A DNA stretch of 64,000 nt from Candidatus Omnitrophota bacterium (lineage in GTDB: Bacteria; Omnitrophota; Gorgyraeia; Zapsychrales; Fredricksoniimonadaceae), in contig JBAXRK010000010.1 in the NCBI GenBank assembly GCA_037131245.1, positions 3,397 to 67,396 on the forward strand, read 5' to 3'. Position numbers and translations under genes: made by a program. How positions within the stretch are numbered: the stretch's first letter is position 1; every line of letters starts with the position of its first letter. Positions 27,253-36,126 of the stretch are shown here, one piece after another. Below the pieces are notes generated by a model, which was not told the DNA's origin, searched no databases, and worked only from the letters and a program-made list of their open reading frames with translations.

Positions 27253-27281
27253 TTGATATACATTACTTTATAGTCAATACT
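27253..27281 (+). promoter_or_regulatory. Putative promoter of the paralog 2/3 operon (TTGATA-17 nt-AATACT)
   Basis: -35 at 27253-27258 and -10 at 27276-27281. AATACTTATA is identical to the paralog 1 locus. An SD (GGGAG) lies 8 nt before the ATG at 27307. Confidence 0.45.
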
Positions 27282-27306
27282 TATATACGGCGAGGGAGTC
27301 GTGTAT

Positions 27307-30300
27307 ATGAAAAGAGCGGTTTTTCCCAATTGGCGTAAGGCCATTTCTTTATTTGTCCTGGTTGCTTTCTTGACGACCGGGTTGAATATCCCTTTGGCCC
27401 GTTCTCAGTCCTTATCCCTTCCGCCCACCGGACAGATGCTCTCGCTCAGCGCTCCCTTTGAGCCTGTTTTGTTAAGGGGGATGAAAGTTTATCCGCAAGA
27501 CCCCTTCCGTTTCGATTTTATCCTCGATAAAGGCGGTAATGAAGCCGGCTCACTGAAGCTGATCAAATATTTTCTGGCTTCGCTCACCACCTCTGAAAAA
27601 GACCTTTGGGTTAACCTTTCTCCTTACGAAAAAGACCGGATCATTCCTGATGCCCTTGCCAGGACGGAACTGGGGCGTGACCTTTTGGCTGAAGATTACG
27701 TACTTAAACAGCTTTCTTCCTCACTGATGCATCCTGACGGCGCAGCCGGCCGGGTGTTGTGGCGGAAGATCTACGCTGCCCTTAATGCGTCGCTGGGGAC
27801 CACGGATGTTCCGCTGGATATGTTCAACAAGGTCTGGATCATGCCGGACACGGCTAAGGTTTTTGAGAAAGCTGATCGGGCCTTCGTGATCAAGGCGCGC
27901 CTGAAGGTTATGTTGGACGCGGATCATTTGGCTTTATCCAGTCAGGGTGACGCATCGGCGTCAGCTGCGGCGTCAGCTGCTGCTCCGGAGCAGGCCTTGA
28001 CACAAAAGGCCTTGCGAGAGGTTATCATTCCCATTCTGGAGAAAGAGGTTAATGAGGGCGCGAACTTCGCTCAGCTGCGGCAGATCTATCAGGCGCTGAT
28101 CCTTTCGATCTGGTTTAAGAAACGCATGAAAGCGTCGATCCTAGGCCGGAATTATATCGACCGTGGCCATGTTTCCGGCATTGCTCTGCCGGGAGAAGAA
28201 GGCGCGCAGGATAAGCAACAGATCTATGAGCGTTATCTGGAAGCGTTTAAGAAGGGCGTTTATAACCTGATCCGCGAGGAAGCGGACCCAGCGAACGGGG
28301 ATGTTATCCCGAGGAAGTATTTCTCCGGCGGGTTTGGGGTTGGTGATTTTGCCGCAAAGGTTGAATGGGCCCGGAGCGTGGATCCATCGGAGATATCGGA
28401 CCGGCCGTTAGAGTCATTGACCGTTGATGTTGCCGGTGGTCGTGTTGTGAACGTAGCGGACCAGATCGAGGCACGTCGCGAATTTCTGGTTGCTGCCCGC
28501 TCTGTGAGGGGAACGGAGAACACGGTTGAGGATTTGGCTGTTTTGGAGCAGATCATTTTACGCCGAAGCGAAGCTCCGGTTGTCCTTGAGATAGGCTTTG
28601 GGAATGCTGCCTGGGCTTTAGCGATGGCTGATAAAGAGCAAAAAGAGGCGCAGGCTGCCGGGAGGACGGCGCGACAGTTCATTCTCATCGATGCGGATAA
28701 GTCCCCTCATAGTGAAGCTGGTGAGTCTTCTTCCATGGTCCCTTTTTCTGAAGTGAGGGAAAATATCCGGAGCCGGGGTCTTGCGAACATTGTTGCTTTG
28801 CGGGCGGATATGGACTTCCTGGATCTTCTTCCTGATGGGGCGGCTGATGATATTGTGCTGATCAATCCTTATGGTCCGATGCTCGATGAGATCTTTTTAC
28901 CTGGCGGCAGAATGCCGCAATTTGCCAATGTTCTTAAACCGGGCGGGCAGATCATTGTACGTCCCAATGGCATGACCAGGCCCTTTCTTCCGGGGGATAA
29001 TGCGTATTTCGGAAAAGCCCAACTCAAGCTTCTTAAAGAAGTGAAGAAGGGATCACTATTGGATTTCCTGTCGACAACTCCGGTGGGCGCGAATTATTTC
29101 ATGGCGCTTAAAAGGCGGGATTTCGCCGAGAAAACAGCCCCGTCAACGGCTAAGCTTAGGATGATGGCGTCCTATTTGAAGATATACCGGGAAGCGATAC
29201 AGCGAGGCTTGCTGGATCCGAAGAAAGTTGAACACGCGCTTAACTTGGGAGCGGGGAGTGGTTGGGATGCGCGGATGTTTCTTAAGGCCTTTCCGTCAGC
29301 CCGATTTATCGGGGTTGAGTCGTATCCGGATGCTCTGGAGGCGTTTAATGCCACCCCGGTCGATCGCGACAGGTTCACCATTGTTCCGGCTAATGCTCTC
29401 GATCTTCAGGACTCTTTCGATTTTCAATCTGCCGCGGATAAGGTTTCATTCGACCTGGTGGTCCTGCAGAATCCGGAAATTTATACAACGGCTGAGGACT
29501 ATAAAAAGGCGCTGGGTTATATCGCGAGCCGGATGAAAGATGATGGAAAATTTGTTATTGTGATGGATAAGCACCGTCGGGAGAGCCTTGAAGATGGAAA
29601 CCCTCAGTTAATGGAGGCACTCTCTGGGGTTGTTGCTAAACCGACATTTTCCAGTAGGCGTGTTTTCCCTTATGAGTATTTACCATCCACAGATCCGCGC
29701 CGGCAGTCTTCAGGTTTTATGACCATACCGGTCAGAGTTTACGTGATCACGGGCGCGGAACTTAAGGCAGCTGTTGCGGATGCGTCCATGTCTCCGGAGA
29801 AAGCGCTGGTTGGGAAGCAGAAGGTTGGCCGGCGGGACGCTGCGCAGAATTATGTTTTGAAAGAGGTCAGGAAGATCAATCCAGAGGCAGGGATAGCTGT
29901 ATTCAGGCTAGCCGATATGCTTGATGACAACGGCGCAGTTCGGGGTGCATTCAGGTTCGCTCTTCATTCCGCGCTGGCCAGAGGTGACGGGATACAAATC
30001 GACCTTGCGGGCATGGAAGGGGAAACTTTTTACTATAGCAAGTTGCAGGCGCGGTTTGCATTATTTGCCCGTCAACTGGCGGAGCATTACGGGCTCAATT
30101 CGAAAGAGATCCCTTCAGGTGAAACATCAAATACCGGACGTATCGGGTATGTCCTCACGGAGTTGCTCAAGAATGCTTTTACGCATGGTAATGGGCTAAA
30201 GGCTTCGCTGCCGATCCTTTTTTATTTCAATCCGTGGGACAGGCAATTCTTTGTGATGGACCAGCATGTTCCGCAAGAGGAGCGGGACCCTGTTGAGTGG

Positions 30301-31884
30301 GAGAAAGCGAACTTCTCTATTTTCGGTTTCGGGAAAGGATTGAAGCGCTCTCGTGATCCGACAGAGTTCGGCGCGATCATTCATATGGCGGAGGTTGAGG
30401 GCGGGTATATCGTGTCCGCGATCTTTCCCCGAAAGCTATTTAAGCGATCTGTTGTTGATCACGCGATGAAACCTTCAACGATCCTGAATGTGGGTTTGAT
30501 CGCGGCGGTACTCTATTTTATGCCGGAGATTAAGACGCAGCTGGTGAAGTGGCAAAAGCAGATCGGGATGACGCCGCGTGATCTGGTCGTCAATACGGTT
30601 AACGCGGTCGCTACATCTTATGAGAATGCGGCTTCGTTCGATATCATTACCCTGTCGCAGGTGCCTGCCGATCCGAAAAGCAGGGAAGACGGTTTGCGAA
30701 CCCTTGCGAATGATCTGGAGAGATTGAAAGCGGTCAATGGTAACCCTCAGATCCAGGATGAGCTTCGGGCTTTGATCAAGAAATATGATCCCTCCATGAT
30801 AACGGAGCCGGATATCGCTGGTCCTCAGGCTTTGCTTGTGGCGGCGGGGAATGATCCGTATTGGAAAGCCTTGTTCAAGAAATACCGTCCAGTCTATAAG
30901 TATGAAGTTCAAAGCGCGGATGCCCAGAGCGTGTCGCTGGTCAAGATGGGGCGGAAGACTTTTTACTTGAAAGCCATGACGGATAAGGGCGATATGCAAA
31001 GAGAGCTTTTTGCGTATAGGGTCGCTCGGTCCATGGGGGTTAATGTTCCGCATGTGGTCGCACTGTCGGAGGATGACCTTTTGGAGATCAAGGATCTAAG
31101 CTGGAGTGACGCGCACCATTATCCTTTTGCATTGCTGATCCAGGCCGCTGAAGAAATGGAGCCGGCGGACCTTAGTTCCGGTAGCGGCAGCGGCATCGAA
31201 GAATTGGTCGCGTTCGCCCATTTGACGCGCCATAACGACTGGAGTCTGGGGCATAATTTCAAGGCGGTCTTTATCGGCGGGAAATATCGGGAGGTTGTTT
31301 ACGATCTTCCGATCGATCTTAGAAATGAGGGACTTACACGCGACGTGCTCAAGAGGGCCAGATTGTACAAAGCCGTCAATGGAAGTATCGCTTATTTATG
31401 GCGGTCGTATCTTGACAAGATCAACAATGTTAAATTGCTGGCTGTTATCGATAGGGTTTCGAAGGCCGGTTTCTTCCAGCAGGCCCTTGAGGGGATCCCG
31501 GGAGAGGTGGTCGGCGCGCAGTATCTTCCTGCCCGTCAGCAACAGTTGAAGATGGATATTATCCGCGGGATCGAAGATTGCCAGGATAAACTCAGGTATT
31601 TTCCGTCACAGATAGCTTCGGCCAGAGACCTTAAGGCGGCTTTGCGGGCGGCGCCGCTTACTGATGTCGGTGGTATCGATCTTGATCCCACGAAGGTTGA
31701 TCTGCAGATAACTGGCGAAGTGCCAGGTCTGCCGGTGTATCAAAACGGAGATCCTGTCAACGTGAACATTGATTACGAGAACATTCGGCCAGTGATCATC
31801 GGTGTTCAGCCTTTGATCAGCGCGGCCATGTTCCTGGGGTTAAGTGAAAGCCCCGTAGCAGGAGGGGAGGCCCCTCATGTTTAA
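27307..31884 (+). CDS. Large exported multidomain protein, family paralog 2: N-cassette, TrmB-like methyltransferase, second class I methyltransferase, GHKL ATPase/kinase-like domain, internal hydrophobic helix, kinase-like domain, GGIDL C-cassette
   Basis: About 1525 aa. Signal-like ISLFVLVAFLTTGLNIPLARS. N-cassette at 27421-28332. VVLEIGFGNA (~28579). LNLGAGSG (~29241). ELLKNAFTHGNG plus GFGKGL (30160-30342). STILNVGLIAAVLYFMPEI (30475-30531). KTFYLKA, LTRHNDWSLGHNF and VYDLPIDL (30955-31320). GGIDL at 31669. Confidence 0.85.
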   Translation: MKRAVFPNWRKAISLFVLVAFLTTGLNIPLARSQSLSLPPTGQMLSLSAPFEPVLLRGMKVYPQDPFRFDFILDKGGNEAGSLKLIKYFLASLTTSEKDLWVNLSPYEKDRIIPDALARTELGRDLLAEDYVLKQLSSSLMHPDGAAGRVLWRKIYAALNASLGTTDVPLDMFNKVWIMPDTAKVFEKADRAFVIKARLKVMLDADHLALSSQGDASASAAASAAAPEQALTQKALREVIIPILEKEVNEGANFAQLRQIYQALILSIWFKKRMKASILGRNYIDRGHVSGIALPGEEGAQDKQQIYERYLEAFKKGVYNLIREEADPANGDVIPRKYFSGGFGVGDFAAKVEWARSVDPSEISDRPLESLTVDVAGGRVVNVADQIEARREFLVAARSVRGTENTVEDLAVLEQIILRRSEAPVVLEIGFGNAAWALAMADKEQKEAQAAGRTARQFILIDADKSPHSEAGESSSMVPFSEVRENIRSRGLANIVALRADMDFLDLLPDGAADDIVLINPYGPMLDEIFLPGGRMPQFANVLKPGGQIIVRPNGMTRPFLPGDNAYFGKAQLKLLKEVKKGSLLDFLSTTPVGANYFMALKRRDFAEKTAPSTAKLRMMASYLKIYREAIQRGLLDPKKVEHALNLGAGSGWDARMFLKAFPSARFIGVESYPDALEAFNATPVDRDRFTIVPANALDLQDSFDFQSAADKVSFDLVVLQNPEIYTTAEDYKKALGYIASRMKDDGKFVIVMDKHRRESLEDGNPQLMEALSGVVAKPTFSSRRVFPYEYLPSTDPRRQSSGFMTIPVRVYVITGAELKAAVADASMSPEKALVGKQKVGRRDAAQNYVLKEVRKINPEAGIAVFRLADMLDDNGAVRGAFRFALHSALARGDGIQIDLAGMEGETFYYSKLQARFALFARQLAEHYGLNSKEIPSGETSNTGRIGYVLTELLKNAFTHGNGLKASLPILFYFNPWDRQFFVMDQHVPQEERDPVEWEKANFSIFGFGKGLKRSRDPTEFGAIIHMAEVEGGYIVSAIFPRKLFKRSVVDHAMKPSTILNVGLIAAVLYFMPEIKTQLVKWQKQIGMTPRDLVVNTVNAVATSYENAASFDIITLSQVPADPKSREDGLRTLANDLERLKAVNGNPQIQDELRALIKKYDPSMITEPDIAGPQALLVAAGNDPYWKALFKKYRPVYKYEVQSADAQSVSLVKMGRKTFYLKAMTDKGDMQRELFAYRVARSMGVNVPHVVALSEDDLLEIKDLSWSDAHHYPFALLIQAAEEMEPADLSSGSGSGIEELVAFAHLTRHNDWSLGHNFKAVFIGGKYREVVYDLPIDLRNEGLTRDVLKRARLYKAVNGSIAYLWRSYLDKINNVKLLAVIDRVSKAGFFQQALEGIPGEVVGAQYLPARQQQLKMDIIRGIEDCQDKLRYFPSQIASARDLKAALRAAPLTDVGGIDLDPTKVDLQITGEVPGLPVYQNGDPVNVNIDYENIRPVIIGVQPLISAAMFLGLSESPVAGGEAPHV

Positions 31885-34800
31885 AAAGTTTATTTCAGCC
31901 ATTCTTTCGTTTCTTTTATTGCTGCCGCAGACCTTGCCGGCAGCGGCGGCGGAGCTTTCCTGGCTTCCGGCGCCCGGCGTGATGGTGGCGCCCGGAGCCG
32001 CGCTGCGCCCGCCGGTATTGCGGGGCATCAGGGTGAATATGAAAGACCCGTTTCGTTTTCAGTTCCTTGTTGAGGAAGGCCAGCAGGCGTTCACTGATGA
32101 AGAGGCCGATCGTAATCTAAAGTACTTTTTTACGGCTTTGACCGTTCCGGAGAAAGAGGTTTGGGTGAACCTCTCGCCATTGGAAAGCGGCCGTATTGTA
32201 CCCGATGTGCTGGCTGATACCGCGATGGGGCGCGATCTTTTGGGCCAGGATTATCTCTTGAAACAGTTATCGTCGTCGATGTTGTTCCCTGAGCAGGGGA
32301 TTGGAAAAGAATTCTGGCAGCGCGTGTACGCGCGCGCGGCTAAAGAGTTCGGGACCACGGATATTCCGCTCGATGTGGTCAGCCGCGTCTGGATCACACC
32401 TGGTGATATCGATGTGCAGGAGCGTGGCGGCACCGCGGTGATCGCCCGCGCGACGCTCCAGGTGATGACGGAAGATGATTACTTGTCGCGTGAGGGCAAG
32501 GGGAGCGTGGTGGCACCAGAGAAACAGTTGATGACCCGCGTGTTCCGCGAAGTGGTCGTCCCTGAACTGGAACGTGAAGTGAACTCCTCGGAGCATTTTA
32601 CCGCGGTGCGGCAGGTTTACAATGCGCTGATCCTGGCGGCCTGGTATAAGCGCCGTTTCTCTGATGGCACGCTCTCAAAGGAATATGTGGACCGGGGAAA
32701 AACAGCGGGGATCTCGACGGGCGATAAGACCATGCGTGCCGCGATCTATGAGCGGTATTTGGAGGCATACAAAAAGGGCGTGTTCAATTTTATCCGCGAA
32801 GAGGCCGATGTTTCCGGTGATGTTTTGCCGCGTAAATATTTTTCAGGCGGAGTGGACATCGGTGAACAGATGGCTAGTCATTTGCGTATTGGCCCCATGG
32901 GTGCGCTGCCAGTGTCAGAGGGCCCGCTGCGTGTGCTTGATGTCGGGGCGAATTCAGCGCAGAAACCGGACGCGTCTGAGAAACCGGAAAGTTATATCAC
33001 CAAGGATCCCAGGGAATCCGGCAACAAAGGGTTGAACCTTTTTAAGATGGAAGCGATCTTGCCGGGTTATGTTCCGCCTTTTGAAATGTTGTCTGCGCGT
33101 TTATACGCTGCGCATAAAAGCAGCCGAAGCAAAAAGTCATTCTTGGCGAAGGTCGTTAAAGAGGTAGCATTGCTCGAGCATGGTGGGACATTTGCTATCC
33201 GTCCGGCAGGAATGATCAATATGCCTGGCGTTATCCCGACGGTTAAAGGGATCAGCAGCGTTGAAGATATTGTGGGGGCGATCATCAAGATCTATGAAGC
33301 CTGGGAATCTCCTGAGGCGGTTGGTTATTTGAAGACATCTGCTGCCCGTCAGGATATTGGCGGCCGCAAGGTTACAGGTCCGGCGGTGGTCATTCAGCAG
33401 GAGGTGTTCGGGGATGGTGACGCGCAAAAGAGTGCCAGTGGCGTTTTCATGTCGCGCGATCAGGATACCGGAGATTTTGTTTTATCAGGTTCTCTTGGGC
33501 TTAACACGAAACCTGAGGATATCCGTAATGGTTCTAACCGTGTCCTTCATCCGCTTAACGCGGGGGTTGACCAGGACTTCCCTTTGCTGGGCGGGGATGT
33601 CCATACGCAATTGGTGAAGATCTCGCACATTCTTGAGAAACACTATCAGTATCCGGTCGAGGTAGAGTTCATTATTGACCGTGGCAGGATCTATATCGTT
33701 CAGGTCAACCGGCAGGATATCCCGCAAAGCCTTGAAATGGCGGTTTTCACCAAAATGGCTGATGAGCAGGTTATCCCCCGTCCCAGAGTCGCTTTACCGA
33801 AGAGGACTCTCGTGCGGCAGATCGGCCGGATCAAGCCGGAGGCTGTTTTCAGTGAAGTGGCCAAGTCTAATGCCGGCCTCGCTCCCGGAGCGGTCGATGG
33901 CCGCTTGGCGTTCAGTGTTAAGGAAGCAAAAAAGATGCGTGTTCAAGGTAACGGGCCGGTGATCATTGTTTCAGATGACCCTAATCAAGAAGGGTTGTTG
34001 CAACTTTTAGTTAGTGGTGACATCGATGGGCTTATGACCACTTATGGTGATTATCATATGCACTTGGCCCGGATCGCCCGGGAGGGCTTGATCCCGGGGA
34101 TCTCTTTGGTTGGTCAAGACGTTCAAGTGAGCGGAAAGGGTGATGGCCGGGCGCTAACGATCGGCGGAAGACGGTTTACTTCCGGAGATCGTTTGGCGAT
34201 CGCGATCGAGAATCATATTGAATTACAGCCTGATGGCCAGAAGGAGATGGTGCATACCGGTGTGGTTGTCGAACCAAATCCGGAGCATGCAGACCCTGTG
34301 GTGGAAACAAGGGATGTACCGATGGCGGACTTGTATTTCGACGTGGCTAAGCTTCAGGATGAGGTCCGTCAGAAGTACGGGAAAAGGGATCCCGTGGTGC
34401 TCGCGGCGGCGCATGCGCTTTTGAAGGCATATCTGCATAAGAATGTTGTAAAGGGGATCGAGGCTAATAAGTTGGAGGCGGCGACCAATGCCATCCACTT
34501 GATCATTGGCGATCAGACCGGTGATACTTCTCCTGAGCGCAGCCGTGAGGAAGAGTTTACGCCGATCATCAATGGTTTTGGGTCGAAATATCCCTTTCCC
34601 GATATCCGGACGGTTGACGACCTTGAAAAAGTGTTGGAACAAATGACATATTTTGTTAATCGGTACAAGGCGCTTAAACCGGCGGCGATACGGTATGTAA
34701 ATTATGAGAACGGAAAAAGAACAGTAAGCTCCTTTGGCCAGCAGCTGCCGATCGAGTTCTCTATCGATTTTGAGAGAGAGGACGTCAATTGGGAGTATGA

Positions 34801-35923
34801 GAACCCGGCCTTATGGGCGTTTGTACGCCAGGCTAGGCCGCGGATCGATTATCAGGACGAGACTGGGATGACGCGGTTTCTGGAAGGGCCATGGGTTGAA
34901 GGTGTTTCTTTTATGGTGGATGTGGGTGACCCATCCGTTGAGAAAAGGAAGATCAGGGTTTCCGGTCACGCTGATGTGTTAGGCGGCCATGCGGGCAGGG
35001 TGTTTGCTATTTCGCTGTTGAGCGGTGGCAGGGCTGTTAGGACTTTTAACGAAAGCTATGTTGTTGAGGCCAGGGATTTTGACGGCGTTGTAAGGCATCG
35101 GGCCGAGCAGGCAGTTCATTCCTATCGCCCGGGACGCAGTGGGGATATGACCTCCACCAAGATGAAGGAGGTTTTGTCCAGTGCCCTGGCGCCGTTCATG
35201 TCAGCGGGCTTATCGGTCGTTCTTAATGGCCGGGCGAATTTTATTTCTGATACAGGTGATGATGGCCGGTCTTCACAGCCCGGGGCGCATTATCGCGAGG
35301 GAGGGTTCTTCTGGCGTTGGTTCGATCAGTCGCTGGGAAGTTACGAATCGGATAAAGCAGATAAAAAGTTAAAAGATCCTGATCTTGGATGGAAGCGTGA
35401 ATCCGCATTTTTTACGCGTTTGCTCAGGGATCTTTTTCCTGATCAAAAGAACGGGGTCTTCTATCATGGTGGCCTTCTTGAACAGCAGGGTCTGGAGTTG
35501 CACAATCAGAACGCTATGGTTGGAGTAAGCAATGTTTCCTGGGTCGTGCTCTCGGAAGGTATCGTTTCAAGTTTGGCCGATGAGGTCGCGCGCCTGGGAA
35601 AGAAGTATGACCTCAGAGACGTGATCCAGGATGACGACCGCGGTAACAAGCGCGTTGATCTCGAAGGGGCTTTGATCCTGATGTATCTGGAGCGCGGCGG
35701 AACAGTCGATGGTTTGGTTAAGTTGGCCGGGGACGCCTCCCAGCAGGTTGGTGGTATCGATCTTAACATCTCTGATCGTGTGATCGGCAATGCTGAGCAA
35801 AGAACGCTTCTTCAAGGCAGGGCAGCGGATATTGGAGCGCGGGACATTGCTGGCCTTGTCCCGGTTATTTTAAGCCAGTCAGCGGTGCCTACCATGGCTG
35901 ATTTTGTTGATTTTTCACGGTAG
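31877..35923 (+). CDS. Large exported multidomain protein, family paralog 3: N-cassette, PPDK/PEP-synthase-type ATP-grasp domain, swivel phosphohistidine domain, ~550-aa unassigned domain, GGIDL C-cassette
   Basis: 1348 aa. Signal-like ILSFLLLLPQTLPAAAA. N-cassette at 31963-32851. GNKGLNLFKME, FAIRPAGMINMPGVIPTV, VVIQQEVFGDG and VEVEFIIDRGRIYIVQVNRQ (33020-33715). GLAPGAVDGRLAF...TTYGDYHMHLARIAREGLIPGISLVG (33880-34113). GGIDL at 35750. 8-nt overlap with paralog 2. Confidence 0.85.
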   Translation: MFKKFISAILSFLLLLPQTLPAAAAELSWLPAPGVMVAPGAALRPPVLRGIRVNMKDPFRFQFLVEEGQQAFTDEEADRNLKYFFTALTVPEKEVWVNLSPLESGRIVPDVLADTAMGRDLLGQDYLLKQLSSSMLFPEQGIGKEFWQRVYARAAKEFGTTDIPLDVVSRVWITPGDIDVQERGGTAVIARATLQVMTEDDYLSREGKGSVVAPEKQLMTRVFREVVVPELEREVNSSEHFTAVRQVYNALILAAWYKRRFSDGTLSKEYVDRGKTAGISTGDKTMRAAIYERYLEAYKKGVFNFIREEADVSGDVLPRKYFSGGVDIGEQMASHLRIGPMGALPVSEGPLRVLDVGANSAQKPDASEKPESYITKDPRESGNKGLNLFKMEAILPGYVPPFEMLSARLYAAHKSSRSKKSFLAKVVKEVALLEHGGTFAIRPAGMINMPGVIPTVKGISSVEDIVGAIIKIYEAWESPEAVGYLKTSAARQDIGGRKVTGPAVVIQQEVFGDGDAQKSASGVFMSRDQDTGDFVLSGSLGLNTKPEDIRNGSNRVLHPLNAGVDQDFPLLGGDVHTQLVKISHILEKHYQYPVEVEFIIDRGRIYIVQVNRQDIPQSLEMAVFTKMADEQVIPRPRVALPKRTLVRQIGRIKPEAVFSEVAKSNAGLAPGAVDGRLAFSVKEAKKMRVQGNGPVIIVSDDPNQEGLLQLLVSGDIDGLMTTYGDYHMHLARIAREGLIPGISLVGQDVQVSGKGDGRALTIGGRRFTSGDRLAIAIENHIELQPDGQKEMVHTGVVVEPNPEHADPVVETRDVPMADLYFDVAKLQDEVRQKYGKRDPVVLAAAHALLKAYLHKNVVKGIEANKLEAATNAIHLIIGDQTGDTSPERSREEEFTPIINGFGSKYPFPDIRTVDDLEKVLEQMTYFVNRYKALKPAAIRYVNYENGKRTVSSFGQQLPIEFSIDFEREDVNWEYENPALWAFVRQARPRIDYQDETGMTRFLEGPWVEGVSFMVDVGDPSVEKRKIRVSGHADVLGGHAGRVFAISLLSGGRAVRTFNESYVVEARDFDGVVRHRAEQAVHSYRPGRSGDMTSTKMKEVLSSALAPFMSAGLSVVLNGRANFISDTGDDGRSSQPGAHYREGGFFWRWFDQSLGSYESDKADKKLKDPDLGWKRESAFFTRLLRDLFPDQKNGVFYHGGLLEQQGLELHNQNAMVGVSNVSWVVLSEGIVSSLADEVARLGKKYDLRDVIQDDDRGNKRVDLEGALILMYLERGGTVDGLVKLAGDASQQVGGIDLNISDRVIGNAEQRTLLQGRAADIGARDIAGLVPVILSQSAVPTMADFVDFSR

Positions 35924-36018
35924 TTGTTTTTTGAGCGTGGCACCTAACTTCTTTTACGGCAAAGACTTAAAATATACCCTTTCCGCGTCCGTCGTTCATC
36001 CCGTCGATGGTTTTTGTA

Positions 36019-36046
36019 TTGACTTTTCCCCTTATTAATATATGAT
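36019..36046 (+). promoter_or_regulatory. Putative promoter of the guaB-like/guaA pair (TTGACT-16 nt-TATGAT)
   Basis: Hexamers read directly at 36019-36024 and 36041-36046. Confidence 0.4.
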
Positions 36047-36071
36047 AGACGGCTATAACCACAAGCCCAAA

Positions 36072-36085
36072 ACAGTTAAAACTGT
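36072..36085. promoter_or_regulatory. 14-bp palindrome ACAGTT-AA-AACTGT in the guaB-like leader
   Basis: Read directly. It lies between the putative promoter and the SD (GGAGG) of the 36127 gene. Confidence 0.3.
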
Positions 36086-36126
36086 CAAAATTATGTAACT
36101 AATTGTAATTACGGAGGTTACACGGT

